Shown: positions 23,704 to 31,985 of the stretch, one piece after another
Layout: every line of letters begins with the position of its first letter
Position numbering within the stretch: the stretch's first letter is position 1
Origin: Faecalibaculum rodentium
GTDB taxonomy: Bacteria > Bacillota_I > Bacilli_A > Erysipelotrichales > Erysipelotrichaceae
Length of the DNA: 32,000 bases
Direction of reading: 5' to 3'
Assembly (NCBI RefSeq): GCF_001564455.1
Contig: NZ_CP011391.1
Location: 510,001 to 542,000, forward strand
The notes under the pieces: generated by a model
Databases searched by the model: none
Seen by the model: the letters and a program-made list of their open reading frames with translations, nothing else
What the model was told of the DNA's origin: nothing
Made by a program: the position numbers and the translations under genes

Positions 23704-24828
23704 TCACCCTTTCCGGCGGACCAGGGAACTGCACAGGGAGGCAGTGCGCAGGGCTGCATTGGACTGCAGCGTGGCCTGTGCCTGTTCCATGGGCGCAGGA
23801 TCTGCCAGCACTTCCCGAAGGATGTCTGCCAGGTCCTGTTCCGGATCCCGGGCCCACCGGGCCATGGCGTGGGATTCAAAGAACCTGGCGTTGATGGTCT
23901 CCACCCCGGGAATGGGATGGACGAGCACCATGGGGATCTGGCTGACACAGGCTTCCGTTGTGGAAAGCCCTCCGGGCTTGGTGATCAGCACCTGACAAGC
24001 CTGGAGATAGCGCGGCATCTGGTCCGTTGGCCCGAGGGCCCGGATCTGCGGACCTGGGTATTTTTCGTGAATGGATTTCTGCAGTTCTTCGTTGCTGCCG
24101 GTGAGCACCAGAAGCACAGTGTCCGGGTGTTCCTCCAGGACAGGCAGCAGAGTCCGGATCATGCCGTCGAGCCCGAATCCCATGGAGCCGCCGGAGAGCA
24201 GGATGTGACGCTTTGCGGGATCCAGCCCCAGCCACCGGCAGGCGTCGGGGCGGCTCATGCGGCTCTGGAAGGCTTCATTGACGGGGATCCCGTAGGGCAG
24301 GATCTTCCATTCGGGCAGTCCCGCAGCCACAAAGCTCTGGACAATGTCCTTGTGCCCCACAATGTAGCGGTCGGCCTGGACTTCCTGTGTAAAGGGAATC
24401 GAGGTGTAGTCCGTGGCGATATAGATCACCGGCGGCAGTTTCATGCCCTCATTCCGGAGCATCGTCAGCATTTCTCCCGCAAAGACGTGTGTGGTCACGA
24501 TGACATCCGGCTGGCTTTTCTCCAGATACTGCTTCAGCGTCCTGGCCGTTTTTCGCTGAAACAGGTAGACCGGGGAATGATGGGGCAGGTGCTCCTGCAG
24601 TTTCGTGTAGGCTTCCCCGAGTTTGTACACCACGCCGAACAGCCGCGGGACGGTCCGGACAAAGTCCACATAAAACCGGCCGACTTTGTCCGCCACTGCC
24701 TGCCCCTGCAGACTGTAGGGGTCCAGCAGGATCGCATGATGTCCCTGCCTGGACAGGGCATCCTGAACGGCTTTGGCCGCCGCATTGTGGCCTCCTCCGG
24801 TGGAGCAGGACAGGATCAGTGCTTCCAT
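23704..24828 (-). CDS. Diacylglycerol glycosyltransferase (MGDG-synthase/UgtP-like, GT28 family)
   Basis: The true start is MEALILSCSTGGGHNAAAKA (ATG 24828, GGAGGT RBS). The MGDG_synth N-domain is followed by a GT-B C-domain. The 569-aa track ORF is an artefactual upstream extension running through plsY. Confidence 0.8.
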   Translation of the reverse strand: MEALILSCSTGGGHNAAAKAVQDALSRQGHHAILLDPYSLQGQAVADKVGRFYVDFVRTVPRLFGVVYKLGEAYTKLQEHLPHHSPVYLFQRKTARTLKQYLEKSQPDVIVTTHVFAGEMLTMLRNEGMKLPPVIYIATDYTSIPFTQEVQADRYIVGHKDIVQSFVAAGLPEWKILPYGIPVNEAFQSRMSRPDACRWLGLDPAKRHILLSGGSMGFGLDGMIRTLLPVLEEHPDTVLLVLTGSNEELQKSIHEKYPGPQIRALGPTDQMPRYLQACQVLITKPGGLSTTEACVSQIPMVLVHPIPGVETINARFFESHAMARWARDPEQDLADILREVLADPAPMEQAQATLQSNAALRTASLCSSLVRRKG

Positions 24829-25430
24829 AACAGGTGTACCTCCAGGATTCCGGCTTCGCGGTGTTTCAGCGCGAGATTTGTGAGCACGCAGAGGGAAAGC
24901 AGGAGGCATCCCGCGGTCAGCATCGGTGGCAGGCCAGAGAGACACGCGCCTGCGGGGAATGCGGTAAACGCCACCAGTGTCCGGTAGTAGTGGGAATCCA
25001 CCACCAGGATCAGGGAAAAAAACAGGAAACAGGCTGCGAGCAGCAGCACCGGACGCCAGTCGGGGACCAGCCCCAGCAGGACACTGAAGCTCACGGTGAT
25101 GCCTTTGCCGCCGGAGAAATGCCGGAAGGCTGGCCACAGTGTTCCCATGACGGGAGCGGCCATGACCAGCGGCAGCAGGGTATTCTCTTTCCAGCCGGGG
25201 GTCGTCATGCGCCAGAGAAACAGAGGCAGGGCACCTTTTAGAAGGTCGCCTGCCAGGGTGAACAGGCCGACGGCAAACCCGCCGTTCTGGAAGGCATTGA
25301 ACACACCCGGATTTCCATCGGGGGACAGCTTTGTGATGTCCGGCACCTGAAACAGCTGGCAGGCGAGCTGAGAATATAATATGCACCCGGAGAGATACCC
25401 CAGGATGATCCACAAGATGGTATTAGACAT
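24816..25430 (-). CDS. plsY: Glycerol-3-phosphate acyltransferase PlsY
   Basis: Starts MSNTILWIILGYLSGCI and contains GNPG and SGGKG motifs, with about 200 aa of polytopic membrane protein. It overlaps the downstream glycosyltransferase start by 13 nt. Confidence 0.85.
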   Translation of the reverse strand: MSNTILWIILGYLSGCILYSQLACQLFQVPDITKLSPDGNPGVFNAFQNGGFAVGLFTLAGDLLKGALPLFLWRMTTPGWKENTLLPLVMAAPVMGTLWPAFRHFSGGKGITVSFSVLLGLVPDWRPVLLLAACFLFFSLILVVDSHYYRTLVAFTAFPAGACLSGLPPMLTAGCLLLSLCVLTNLALKHREAGILEVHLLWKH

Positions 25431-25553
25431 GGGACTCCTTTCGGGTTTATGATAACAAACCGGCCGCTGTGAGACTTCTGTCACGATTCTGGCGGTGGCC
25501 GGAACCATCGGCAGAGAGAGGACCGGCCGGGCATGAAACGAAATGCGGAGCAT

Positions 25554-25580
25554 GAAAAAAAAGACCTGTGCGGTCTTTTT
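25554..25580. terminator. Bidirectional terminator hairpin downstream of the beta-lactamase-fold gene
   Basis: The sequence is an A-run, then AGACC-TGTGC-GGTCT, then TTTTT. Confidence 0.65.
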
Positions 25581-25601
25581 CTCCATCGGGGGCTGCAGCC
25601 T

Positions 25602-26519
25602 TCAGGCAGCGGGTTCTTCTTCAGTCATTTTGCGGCCACGGAAGCCGGTGACAGTTTCCGCAATCAGCGATAATTCCTCCATGGGGGCGTTTTCCGTCAT
25701 GACCACGAGAATGTACGTGCCGCCATCCGGTTCCATCACGATGGCGCCGTCATGATACAGCCCGTCCGCCCAGCCGGTTTTGTGCGCCACGGTGACTTCT
25801 GCCGGCAGTCCCTGGACCAGGGCTTTGTCGTCTTCACATCGGGTGAGCCGTTCGATCATCTTCCCGCGGATCTCTTCATCCGGCCAGTTGTGGATGTACC
25901 GCAAGATTTTCCCCATGTCTTCGGCGGTCGCGGTATTGTCCGGCAGGTCCGGGTCGCCTTCAAAATAGGCATCCCCCGGAAGCAGTCCGTGGTTGACCAC
26001 GGTATTCCGGGTACCTGCGGCTTCGAGTATGTGTTGTATGCGGTCGGAGCCGGCGAGCTGTGCCAGTACGTTGTAGGAGGTGTTGTCGCTGATCTCGATC
26101 ATGGCATCGAGCATATCCGAGACTTCCTCTTCCTGGATCTCGCTGTCGGCAATCGCATCATAGACCGCCGCAAGACACACGAGTTTCACCATGCTGCAGG
26201 GATAGTAGCTGGCGGGATACAGGGACAGGATGTCGCCGGACTCCAGGTCCTCGTAATAAATGGAAATGAATTCATTGGGGGGTGTGCCGGCCAGGTCTGC
26301 ACCGGATCTGTCCGCATCCTGGACCAAGTCCATCAGCGCCTGCTGGAGCAGGACGGTGTCCTGGCCCACGACCACTTCCGACAGGCTGGGGTTCTCTGTG
26401 ACACGGGGCAGTTCTGTGGGCGGATCATAAACCCGCCCCGCTGTTCCGCAGCCGGCCAGGAGCGTCAGGACAAGTGCGGTGCACAATGTCTTTCTGATTG
26501 TTTGTGGCTGGTTTCTCAT
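25602..26519 (-). CDS. Lipoprotein with class A beta-lactamase / serine hydrolase fold
   Basis: The start MRNQPQTIRKTLCTALVLTLLAGCG (ATG 26519) carries a lipobox. S-x-x-K (CSMVK), S-D-N (EISDNTS) and K-T-G (HKTGW) motifs occur in canonical order and spacing. Confidence 0.7.
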   Translation of the reverse strand: MRNQPQTIRKTLCTALVLTLLAGCGTAGRVYDPPTELPRVTENPSLSEVVVGQDTVLLQQALMDLVQDADRSGADLAGTPPNEFISIYYEDLESGDILSLYPASYYPCSMVKLVCLAAVYDAIADSEIQEEEVSDMLDAMIEISDNTSYNVLAQLAGSDRIQHILEAAGTRNTVVNHGLLPGDAYFEGDPDLPDNTATAEDMGKILRYIHNWPDEEIRGKMIERLTRCEDDKALVQGLPAEVTVAHKTGWADGLYHDGAIVMEPDGGTYILVVMTENAPMEELSLIAETVTGFRGRKMTEEEPAA

Positions 26520-26629
26520 TTCATCACCCCGTCCGGATCTGTCCGGCTGTCCTGCAGCCACCTGGCGCAAAACGCCGCAGGCCCGGTCCAGCCGGGATCC
26601 GGGTCTGCTGTGGATCTTGTATGCATCAG

Positions 26630-27820
26630 TCAGTCTGCCTGCAGGTCCAGTTCTCTGACGGCATCCCGCAGCTGATCCAGTGCCTGCTTGAGCACGGATC
26701 TGGGACATGCAACGTTGAACCGCTCGAAGCCCGCTCCGGCCTGGCCGAAGATCACGCCTTCGTCCAGCAGCAGCCGGGCTTTCTCTTTCATGAAGGTCTC
26801 CAGCTGTGAGGCGTCCATGCCCAGGGCACGGCAGTCCACCCATGCCAGGTAGGTGCCTTGAGGTTCGATCATCTGCAGCTGCGGGAGTTCAGTCAAGAGA
26901 TAGTTTTTCATGAACCGGAAGTTGCTGTCAATATAGGCGTTGAGGGAATCCACCCAGTCATCCCCGAATGTATACGCTGCCCGGCAGGCATCGATCCCGA
27001 AGATGTTGGGATTGCCGGCTCCGTTGCGGTCCATGACCAGCGCAAAGGCCTTGCGCATGTCGTCATTGGCAATCAGGATGTTGGACGTCCAGAGGGCGGC
27101 AAGATTGAAGGTCTTGGATGGCGCGGTGCAGAGAATTGACCAGTCCCTGGCATCCGGAGCCGCGTTCCAGAACGGGACCATCCTGACACCCGGGCGGATG
27201 AAATCTCCGTGGATTTCGTCGCTGACCACCTTTACGTCATATCTGCGGCAGGCATCCGCGATTTTCTCCTGTTCCTGTCTGGTCCAGACTTTGCCTGCCG
27301 GGTTGTGCGGGTTGCAGAACAGCAGAAGTTTCGCCCCGTCCAGCTTGCGGAGTTCCTCGTCCTCCAGGATATACTGCCCATCGCGAAGTGTGAGGGACAG
27401 CGGCCGGACGATCCTGCCGTTTCCTTCAATGGATTTGTAGAAAGGATAGTAAACCGGGGTGATCACCGCCACTTCATCCCCCGGTTCGGTCCATGCCTGG
27501 ATGGCGGTTTTCAGGGCCGTCACCACGCCATTGGAGCACTGGATCCACTCCGGACGGATCTCCAGGTCGTGCCGGCGTTTCATCCACCCGCAGACTGCCT
27601 CGCGGTAGGAGTCATCCGGCCAGGCATAGCCGAAGATGCCATGCTGTACGCGGTGCCCGAGGGCTTCCTGGATTTCGGGAAGCACTGCAAAATCCATGTC
27701 GGCGATCCACATCGGCAGGATATCGGGGTGTGGTGTGCCATCCCATTTGGCACTGTTGGTGCCTCTGCGTTCATGAATCACATCGAAATCGTACGTTTGT
27801 TCCCGGTCGTCTTCTTTCAT
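26630..27820 (-). CDS. PLP-dependent C-S lyase / aminotransferase of the PatB/MalY family
   Basis: The sequence YDFDVIHERRGTNSAKWD is the characteristic N-terminus. The fold is aminotransferase class I/II. The start MKEDD (ATG 27820) follows an AAAGGGA RBS. Confidence 0.85.
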   Translation of the reverse strand: MKEDDREQTYDFDVIHERRGTNSAKWDGTPHPDILPMWIADMDFAVLPEIQEALGHRVQHGIFGYAWPDDSYREAVCGWMKRRHDLEIRPEWIQCSNGVVTALKTAIQAWTEPGDEVAVITPVYYPFYKSIEGNGRIVRPLSLTLRDGQYILEDEELRKLDGAKLLLFCNPHNPAGKVWTRQEQEKIADACRRYDVKVVSDEIHGDFIRPGVRMVPFWNAAPDARDWSILCTAPSKTFNLAALWTSNILIANDDMRKAFALVMDRNGAGNPNIFGIDACRAAYTFGDDWVDSLNAYIDSNFRFMKNYLLTELPQLQMIEPQGTYLAWVDCRALGMDASQLETFMKEKARLLLDEGVIFGQAGAGFERFNVACPRSVLKQALDQLRDAVRELDLQAD

Positions 27821-27895
27821 TTCATAATCCCTTTCTGATTTACTTTTTTGGTTTCGGTTCTTTCTTCTGGTCTTTCTCTTTGTCTGCGGCAGCAA

Positions 27896-28819
27896 TCACC
27901 GCAGCAGGATGTACACAAAGTAGCCCAGATAGAGCCCCAGGAACAGCCATCCGCGGGGGCGGTTCATCTTGTCCGACCGCCAGGCCATGACCACGATCAG
28001 CAGCGCCACAGCCAGCAGGATGCAGATGTCGATCATGTTCTCCGGCACCACGGCAATGGGATGGATCGCGCTGGAGAGACCGAGAATGAACCCGATGTTC
28101 ATGATGTTCGATCCCAGGGCATTGCCGATGGACAGTCCGGCTTCTCCCTTTTTCGCTGCCACCACACTGGTGACCAGCTCCGGCAAAGACGTGCCGATGG
28201 CCACGATCGTCAGCCCGACAAGCGCCTCGCTCCAGCCCCAGCTCAGGGCAATGGCTCTGGCAGCATTGACGGTCATGTCGCCCCCGAAAATGATGCAGGC
28301 CACGCCCACTGCAATGAGCAGCAGGATTTTCCACACCGGCGTCTCGTTGGCCGGGGCATCCTGCGTGGCTTTCCGGCTGGCCATCGCAGCGCGCACCAGG
28401 ATCACCAGGTAGAGCGCCAGGGCCGCAAGCAGGATCACGCCCCGAAAACGGGTCAGCGTCCCGCCAATGCACAGCACGGCAAGCAGAGCCGTCATCCCCA
28501 GGTTCCAGGTCGTGTCGCGGTACCGGATTTCCCGTCCCATGACAAAGGGGGCGATCAGGGCACTGCAGCCAACCACCACCAGGGTGTTGAACAGGTTGCT
28601 GCCAACGACATTGGACAGCGCGAGGGCGTTGCTGCCCTGTATGGCGGCGTTCAGGCTCACCGAAAGCTCGGGCAGGGACGTGCCCAGGCTGACGATGGTC
28701 AGGCCCACGATCACGGTGGGGATCCGCATTCGTGCGGCGGCACCGGCTGCACCGTCCACAAACCAGTCAGCGCCTTTGATCAGCAGGGCAAAGCCGGCAA
28801 TCAGCAGAAGGTATTCCAT
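27896..28819 (-). CDS. Ca2+/Na+ antiporter (CaCA family, YrbG-like)
   Basis: There are two alpha-repeat signatures, LGTSLPELSVS and IGTSLPELVTS, and about 10 TM helices. The N-terminus is MEYLLLIAGFALLIKGADWFV. Confidence 0.9.
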   Translation of the reverse strand: MEYLLLIAGFALLIKGADWFVDGAAGAAARMRIPTVIVGLTIVSLGTSLPELSVSLNAAIQGSNALALSNVVGSNLFNTLVVVGCSALIAPFVMGREIRYRDTTWNLGMTALLAVLCIGGTLTRFRGVILLAALALYLVILVRAAMASRKATQDAPANETPVWKILLLIAVGVACIIFGGDMTVNAARAIALSWGWSEALVGLTIVAIGTSLPELVTSVVAAKKGEAGLSIGNALGSNIMNIGFILGLSSAIHPIAVVPENMIDICILLAVALLIVVMAWRSDKMNRPRGWLFLGLYLGYFVYILLR

Positions 28820-29691
28820 CAGACACCCAGCCTTTCCAGTCCCTGGACGATGCCGTTGTCGGCATTGGACGCGGTTTCGTACCTGGCTTTCGCCTTGACG
28901 AAGTCCCGGGCATTGGCCATGGCAAAGCTGTCATCCACGACCTCGAACATTGACACGTCGTTCTCTCCGTCCCCGAAGGCCACGACTTCGTCTTTGTTCC
29001 AGCCCTTCATCTCCATGAGGCGTTTCAGGGTCTTGCCCTTGGAGTAGCCCTTGGGCAGGATTTCGAGCTGCCGCGGGCAGGTGCGGAAAATCTCGAACCG
29101 GTCTCCGTATTTGCGGATCAGAAAGTCGTAGATTTCCCTGATTTTATCTTCATCCTGCATGAGCTGGATCTTGTTGATGGGCCGGTTGATTTCCTCTGCG
29201 CTGTGCACGAAGGTCTGGTTGGGGTAGCCGCTGCGCAGGTCCGCCAGCCAGTCCCAGGGCCCGGCTGTCCAGGGAAAGTCGTCGGGGAGGTTCCGCTCTT
29301 TGCGCAGCTGTTCCTTTTTCCGGCGGATGTCTTCGTCAAAATAATCGAAGAAGCCGTCGTCAAAGCAGGCCTGGGCCTCGCAGTTGAGATGCATGAGGTC
29401 AGTATAGACTTCTCGGATCTCCGAGGGGTCCATCCGCCGCAGAACCTCACGCTCACCGGCGCCCATGTCGTACAGGGAAATGCCATCCACTTCAATGAGA
29501 TAGCCGCCATTGGCTGCCATGTCCAGTTGGTCGGCGTAAGGAAGAAGCCTGGTATAGCTTCGCCCGGAGGCCAGGATCAGGGTCACTCCCTGCCGTTCCA
29601 GCTCCAGGAGCTTCTGTTTCGTTTCCGGAAGGATATGATCGCCCGGGGCCAGCAGGGTCCCGTCCATATCCATGATGATCGCTTTCAGCAT
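28819..29691 (-). CDS. Cof-type HAD-IIB phosphatase
   Basis: Motif I is IIMDMDGTLL and motif IV is FGDGENDVSMF. The ATG at 29691 lies 6 nt after GAGGTG; the track start at 29700 is a GTG inside that RBS. The stop overlaps the antiporter ATG by 1 nt (TGATG). Confidence 0.85.
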   Translation of the reverse strand: MLKAIIMDMDGTLLAPGDHILPETKQKLLELERQGVTLILASGRSYTRLLPYADQLDMAANGGYLIEVDGISLYDMGAGEREVLRRMDPSEIREVYTDLMHLNCEAQACFDDGFFDYFDEDIRRKKEQLRKERNLPDDFPWTAGPWDWLADLRSGYPNQTFVHSAEEINRPINKIQLMQDEDKIREIYDFLIRKYGDRFEIFRTCPRQLEILPKGYSKGKTLKRLMEMKGWNKDEVVAFGDGENDVSMFEVVDDSFAMANARDFVKAKARYETASNADNGIVQGLERLGV

Positions 29692-29748
29692 TGCATTCAC
29701 CTCAGGGAAATTATGACGAGATTGTGGTTTTTTTTCAACGAAAGTTGT

Positions 29749-29777
29749 TTGACACCCGCGTAAGTCGATGGTATTCT
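29749..29777 (+). promoter_or_regulatory. Sigma-70-type promoter of tRNA-Asn
   Basis: TTGACA (29749-29754) is followed by a 17-nt spacer and TATTCT (29772-29777). The tRNA starts 20 nt downstream. Confidence 0.5.
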
Positions 29778-29797
29778 AATAGAGCAGTTGAGGAAAT

Positions 29798-29873
29798 GCC
29801 TGAATAGCTCAGTCGGTAGAGCATCCGGCTGTTAACCGGCAGGTCACAAGTTCGAGTCTTGTTTCAGGCGCCA
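29798..29873 (+). tRNA. tRNA-Asn (anticodon GTT), CCA encoded
   Basis: The cloverleaf of GCCTGAATAGCTCAGTCGGTAGAGCATCCGGCTGTTAACCGGCAGGTCACAAGTTCGAGTCTTGTTTCAGGCGCCA folds by hand. The anticodon loop is CTGTTAA. Confidence 0.9.
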
Positions 29874-29887
29874 TTTAGACACTGCAC

Positions 29888-29912
29888 AGGGCCGCATAAT
29901 GCGGCTCTGTTT
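29888..29912 (+). terminator. Probable terminator of tRNA-Asn
   Basis: GCCGCA-TAA-TGCGGC is extended by AGG/TCT pairs. The T-tract is weak (CTGTTTA). Confidence 0.5.
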
Positions 29913-29972
29913 ACAGGGTACAGAGACCTTAATTTGCATCATACAAAAAGCACGAGCGCTCTTATAAGATGC

Positions 29973-29999
29973 AAAAAGCTACTGGTAGTGACCAGTAGC
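29973..29999 (-). terminator. Perfect 9-bp hairpin with a T-run on the minus strand (terminator-like; alternatively a recombinase or regulator site)
   Basis: GCTACTGGT-AGTG-ACCAGTAGC lies at 29978-29999. It is preceded on the plus strand by AAAAA. Confidence 0.4.
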
Positions 30000-30148
30000 A
30001 TATCGTGAGAAATTCTTGCTTGATTTGCGAGGTCAAACAAGATAAAATCAAAACGAACAAGGTTACTGTTCACTATTAAAAAAAGGTTGCTGGGCGGGCC
30101 GCCTTTTTTTTGCTTTTTGCTCTTGCAATCATTCTACACCGGATAAGA

Positions 30149-30184
30149 TAAAAAATAAAACGACTGAGATACAATTTCTCAGTC
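30149..30184 (-). terminator. Rho-independent terminator of the serine recombinase gene
   Basis: GACTGAGA (30162-30169) pairs with TCTCAGTC (30177-30184). On the minus strand it is followed by GTTTTATTTTTT. Confidence 0.7.
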
Positions 30185-30200
30185 ATGTAACTCATAAAAA

Positions 30201-31493
30201 TTATAGAACTCTTTTGAATTCGACTTGATGATGTTTTTTTGTGAACGGATCAAACACTATTTTGGCCACGGTCGATTGAACAAACTGGAACTTCAATAAG
30301 GGATCTGATTTGTGGAATGTATCTTTACTTAATGAAGCGATACTCCATCCTTTTTTTAGATTTGCCATTTGGTCAGATAGGCTCTCCATGGCCAATGCAA
30401 AAGCTTGCTGTGAAAGTTCGCGGTTTTGATATTGCATCATAACGTTCTCTATAGAGGTATTGAGATCGATCATCTTCTTCTCGTATTCTCTATACAATCT
30501 TTCTTCCCGGAGGGACTGCATATTGTCGCAGATCGGATCAAGAACAGATTTCAACAGCTTATCTTGATTGATCCGTGCCTTACAGTGCGGGCAGCAGTAG
30601 TAATAATATATTGTAGTACCTTTGGTCGTACAGGACTGTTCCATCCTACATCCACAGTTTTTACAGTAGACTTTAGAATGGAATATATATTTCCGGTGCC
30701 TTGGGGCATGAATTTGACGGAAAGCCAAGACTTTTTGAAGATCCATAAATTTATCTTCTTCCATTATGGCTGGTATCAGCCCGATGTAATCATTCTCGCG
30801 GTACCTAAATTTTCCAATCAAGCGCTCATTTGAGAGCTCTTTTTTTATAGTTAGAGCTGACTTGTAGATACCGAATTCCCGTTTAATGAGAGACGAAATG
30901 TAAGTGAGAGAATGACCTTCCAGGATGCGTTCAGCTGCATATAGGACGATTTTAGAATCAGTCGGATCGATGTGCAGACGCCCGAACTCATCTTTACACC
31001 ATCCAAAAGGTGTGGATCCGAATGGGTATTTTCCAAGTTGTGCCATGGCAACCATACCGTCAATGGTTCTCTCTGAAATGACTTCTCGTTCCCACTGAGC
31101 GATGATAGATAAAATCCCTACAAACAGCCTGCCGTTTGCTGATGTGATGTCGAGGTTATCAATGATTGCAGCCAGCTCACATTGATGCAGATCCAGTTCT
31201 TTGATCAGGTTATATGTATCAACAACATTACGAGTAAGCCTGTCTAATTTATAGGTAATGATCTTGCCGACTTTCCCGGAACGAATATCTTTTAGCAGTT
31301 CTTGCATTTTGGGGCGTTTAAGATTTTTTGCGGAATAACCGTCATCAACGTAATAGCGTACATTTTTGCTGTCGATATTATATAGATCGATCCATTTATC
31401 GCACTTTTCTCTTTGCGCTTCTAATCCATAACCTTCTAATGCCCGTTCCCGGGATGATACCCGAAGATAAATTGCAGTAAATTTTAAACTCAT
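30201..31493 (-). CDS. Large serine recombinase (resolvase N-domain, recombinase domain and zinc ribbon)
   Basis: MSLKFTAIYLRVSSRE carries the catalytic Ser region. Also present are YKLDRLTRN, SERT, and a Cys-rich zinc ribbon CKNCGCRM...CCPHCKARI followed by a C-terminal coiled-coil-like region. The ATG at 31493 lies 5 nt after GGAGG. The gene is visibly AT-rich compared with the rest of the window. Confidence 0.9.
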   Translation of the reverse strand: MSLKFTAIYLRVSSRERALEGYGLEAQREKCDKWIDLYNIDSKNVRYYVDDGYSAKNLKRPKMQELLKDIRSGKVGKIITYKLDRLTRNVVDTYNLIKELDLHQCELAAIIDNLDITSANGRLFVGILSIIAQWEREVISERTIDGMVAMAQLGKYPFGSTPFGWCKDEFGRLHIDPTDSKIVLYAAERILEGHSLTYISSLIKREFGIYKSALTIKKELSNERLIGKFRYRENDYIGLIPAIMEEDKFMDLQKVLAFRQIHAPRHRKYIFHSKVYCKNCGCRMEQSCTTKGTTIYYYYCCPHCKARINQDKLLKSVLDPICDNMQSLREERLYREYEKKMIDLNTSIENVMMQYQNRELSQQAFALAMESLSDQMANLKKGWSIASLSKDTFHKSDPLLKFQFVQSTVAKIVFDPFTKKHHQVEFKRVL

Positions 31494-31588
31494 AAATTCC
31501 TCCAAAAAATATTACAATAAATAAAATATATGTGATAAAATAAAATCATAAATCTGCAAAGTTATATTCTTCACCGAGGGAGGGAGGA

Positions 31589-31705
31589 ATGCTAACTAAA
31601 ATTATCATAACGATTATCACTGGCATTTTAATTGGTACTATAAGTAACCTATTAAGTACCTTGATAATCGAAAAAATCCATTGTAGAAATCAAAAAAAGT
31701 TTTAA
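31589..31705 (+). CDS. Small hydrophobic peptide (38 aa), type I toxin-like or phage small membrane protein
   Basis: Hand-found ORF MLTKIIITIITGILIGTISNLLSTLIIEKIHCRNQKKF, too short for the track. A strong RBS GAGGGAGGGAGGA lies directly upstream. The peptide is one TM helix plus a basic tail. Confidence 0.4.
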   Translation: MLTKIIITIITGILIGTISNLLSTLIIEKIHCRNQKKF

Positions 31706-31707
31706 AA

Positions 31708-31750
31708 AACAAAGTGGCCAGTCGTCTTCAATGAGATTGGCCACTTTGTT
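31708..31750. repeat. 13-bp perfect inverted repeat with a 17-nt spacer
   Basis: AACAAAGTGGCCA (31708-31720) pairs with TGGCCACTTTGTT (31738-31750), immediately after the first small ORF. No T-tract follows. Confidence 0.6.
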
Positions 31751-31848
31751 AATACCGATGAGAAATTAAATACTCGCGCACTTCAGTTTATATGGTAAGC
31801 TTTTGGAGCTGGCTATTCACCTCTAACGGCCAAAGGAGGTGATTGCCG

Positions 31849-31935
31849 ATGAATAGGTTCTACGAATTAATTGTTGCTGTCGTGGCGGATCTACTAGCCG
31901 AGTATATCCGCAGGTGGCTGGACAGGAACACATAA
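31849..31935 (+). CDS. Small peptide (28 aa), Fst-like type I toxin candidate
   Basis: Hand-found ORF MNRFYELIVAVVADLLAEYIRRWLDRNT. An AAAGGAGGTGA RBS lies 7 nt upstream. A hydrophobic helix ends in an aromatic-WL-D-R-N tail, reminiscent of Fst-family toxins. Confidence 0.35.
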   Translation: MNRFYELIVAVVADLLAEYIRRWLDRNT

Positions 31936-31985
31936 AAGCCAGCCAGCCCATGAGCCAGTAGATACCACCTGCTGGCTTTTTATAA
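31934..31985. terminator. Bidirectional terminator-like hairpin after the second small ORF
   Basis: AAAAGCCAGC (31934-31943) pairs with GCTGGCTTTT (31971-31980). It has an A-run on the 5' side and a T-run on the 3' side, with a large loop. Confidence 0.45.

Noticed and set aside
24829-25413. Upstream extension of the glycosyltransferase ORF to 569 aa. There is a similar extension of the beta-lactamase-fold ORF at 26520-26843.
   Set aside because: The extensions are Arg/Pro/Gly-rich nonsense and overlap the well-supported plsY and patB-like genes. Internal ATGs with good RBSs (24828, 26519) give full-length family-typical proteins.
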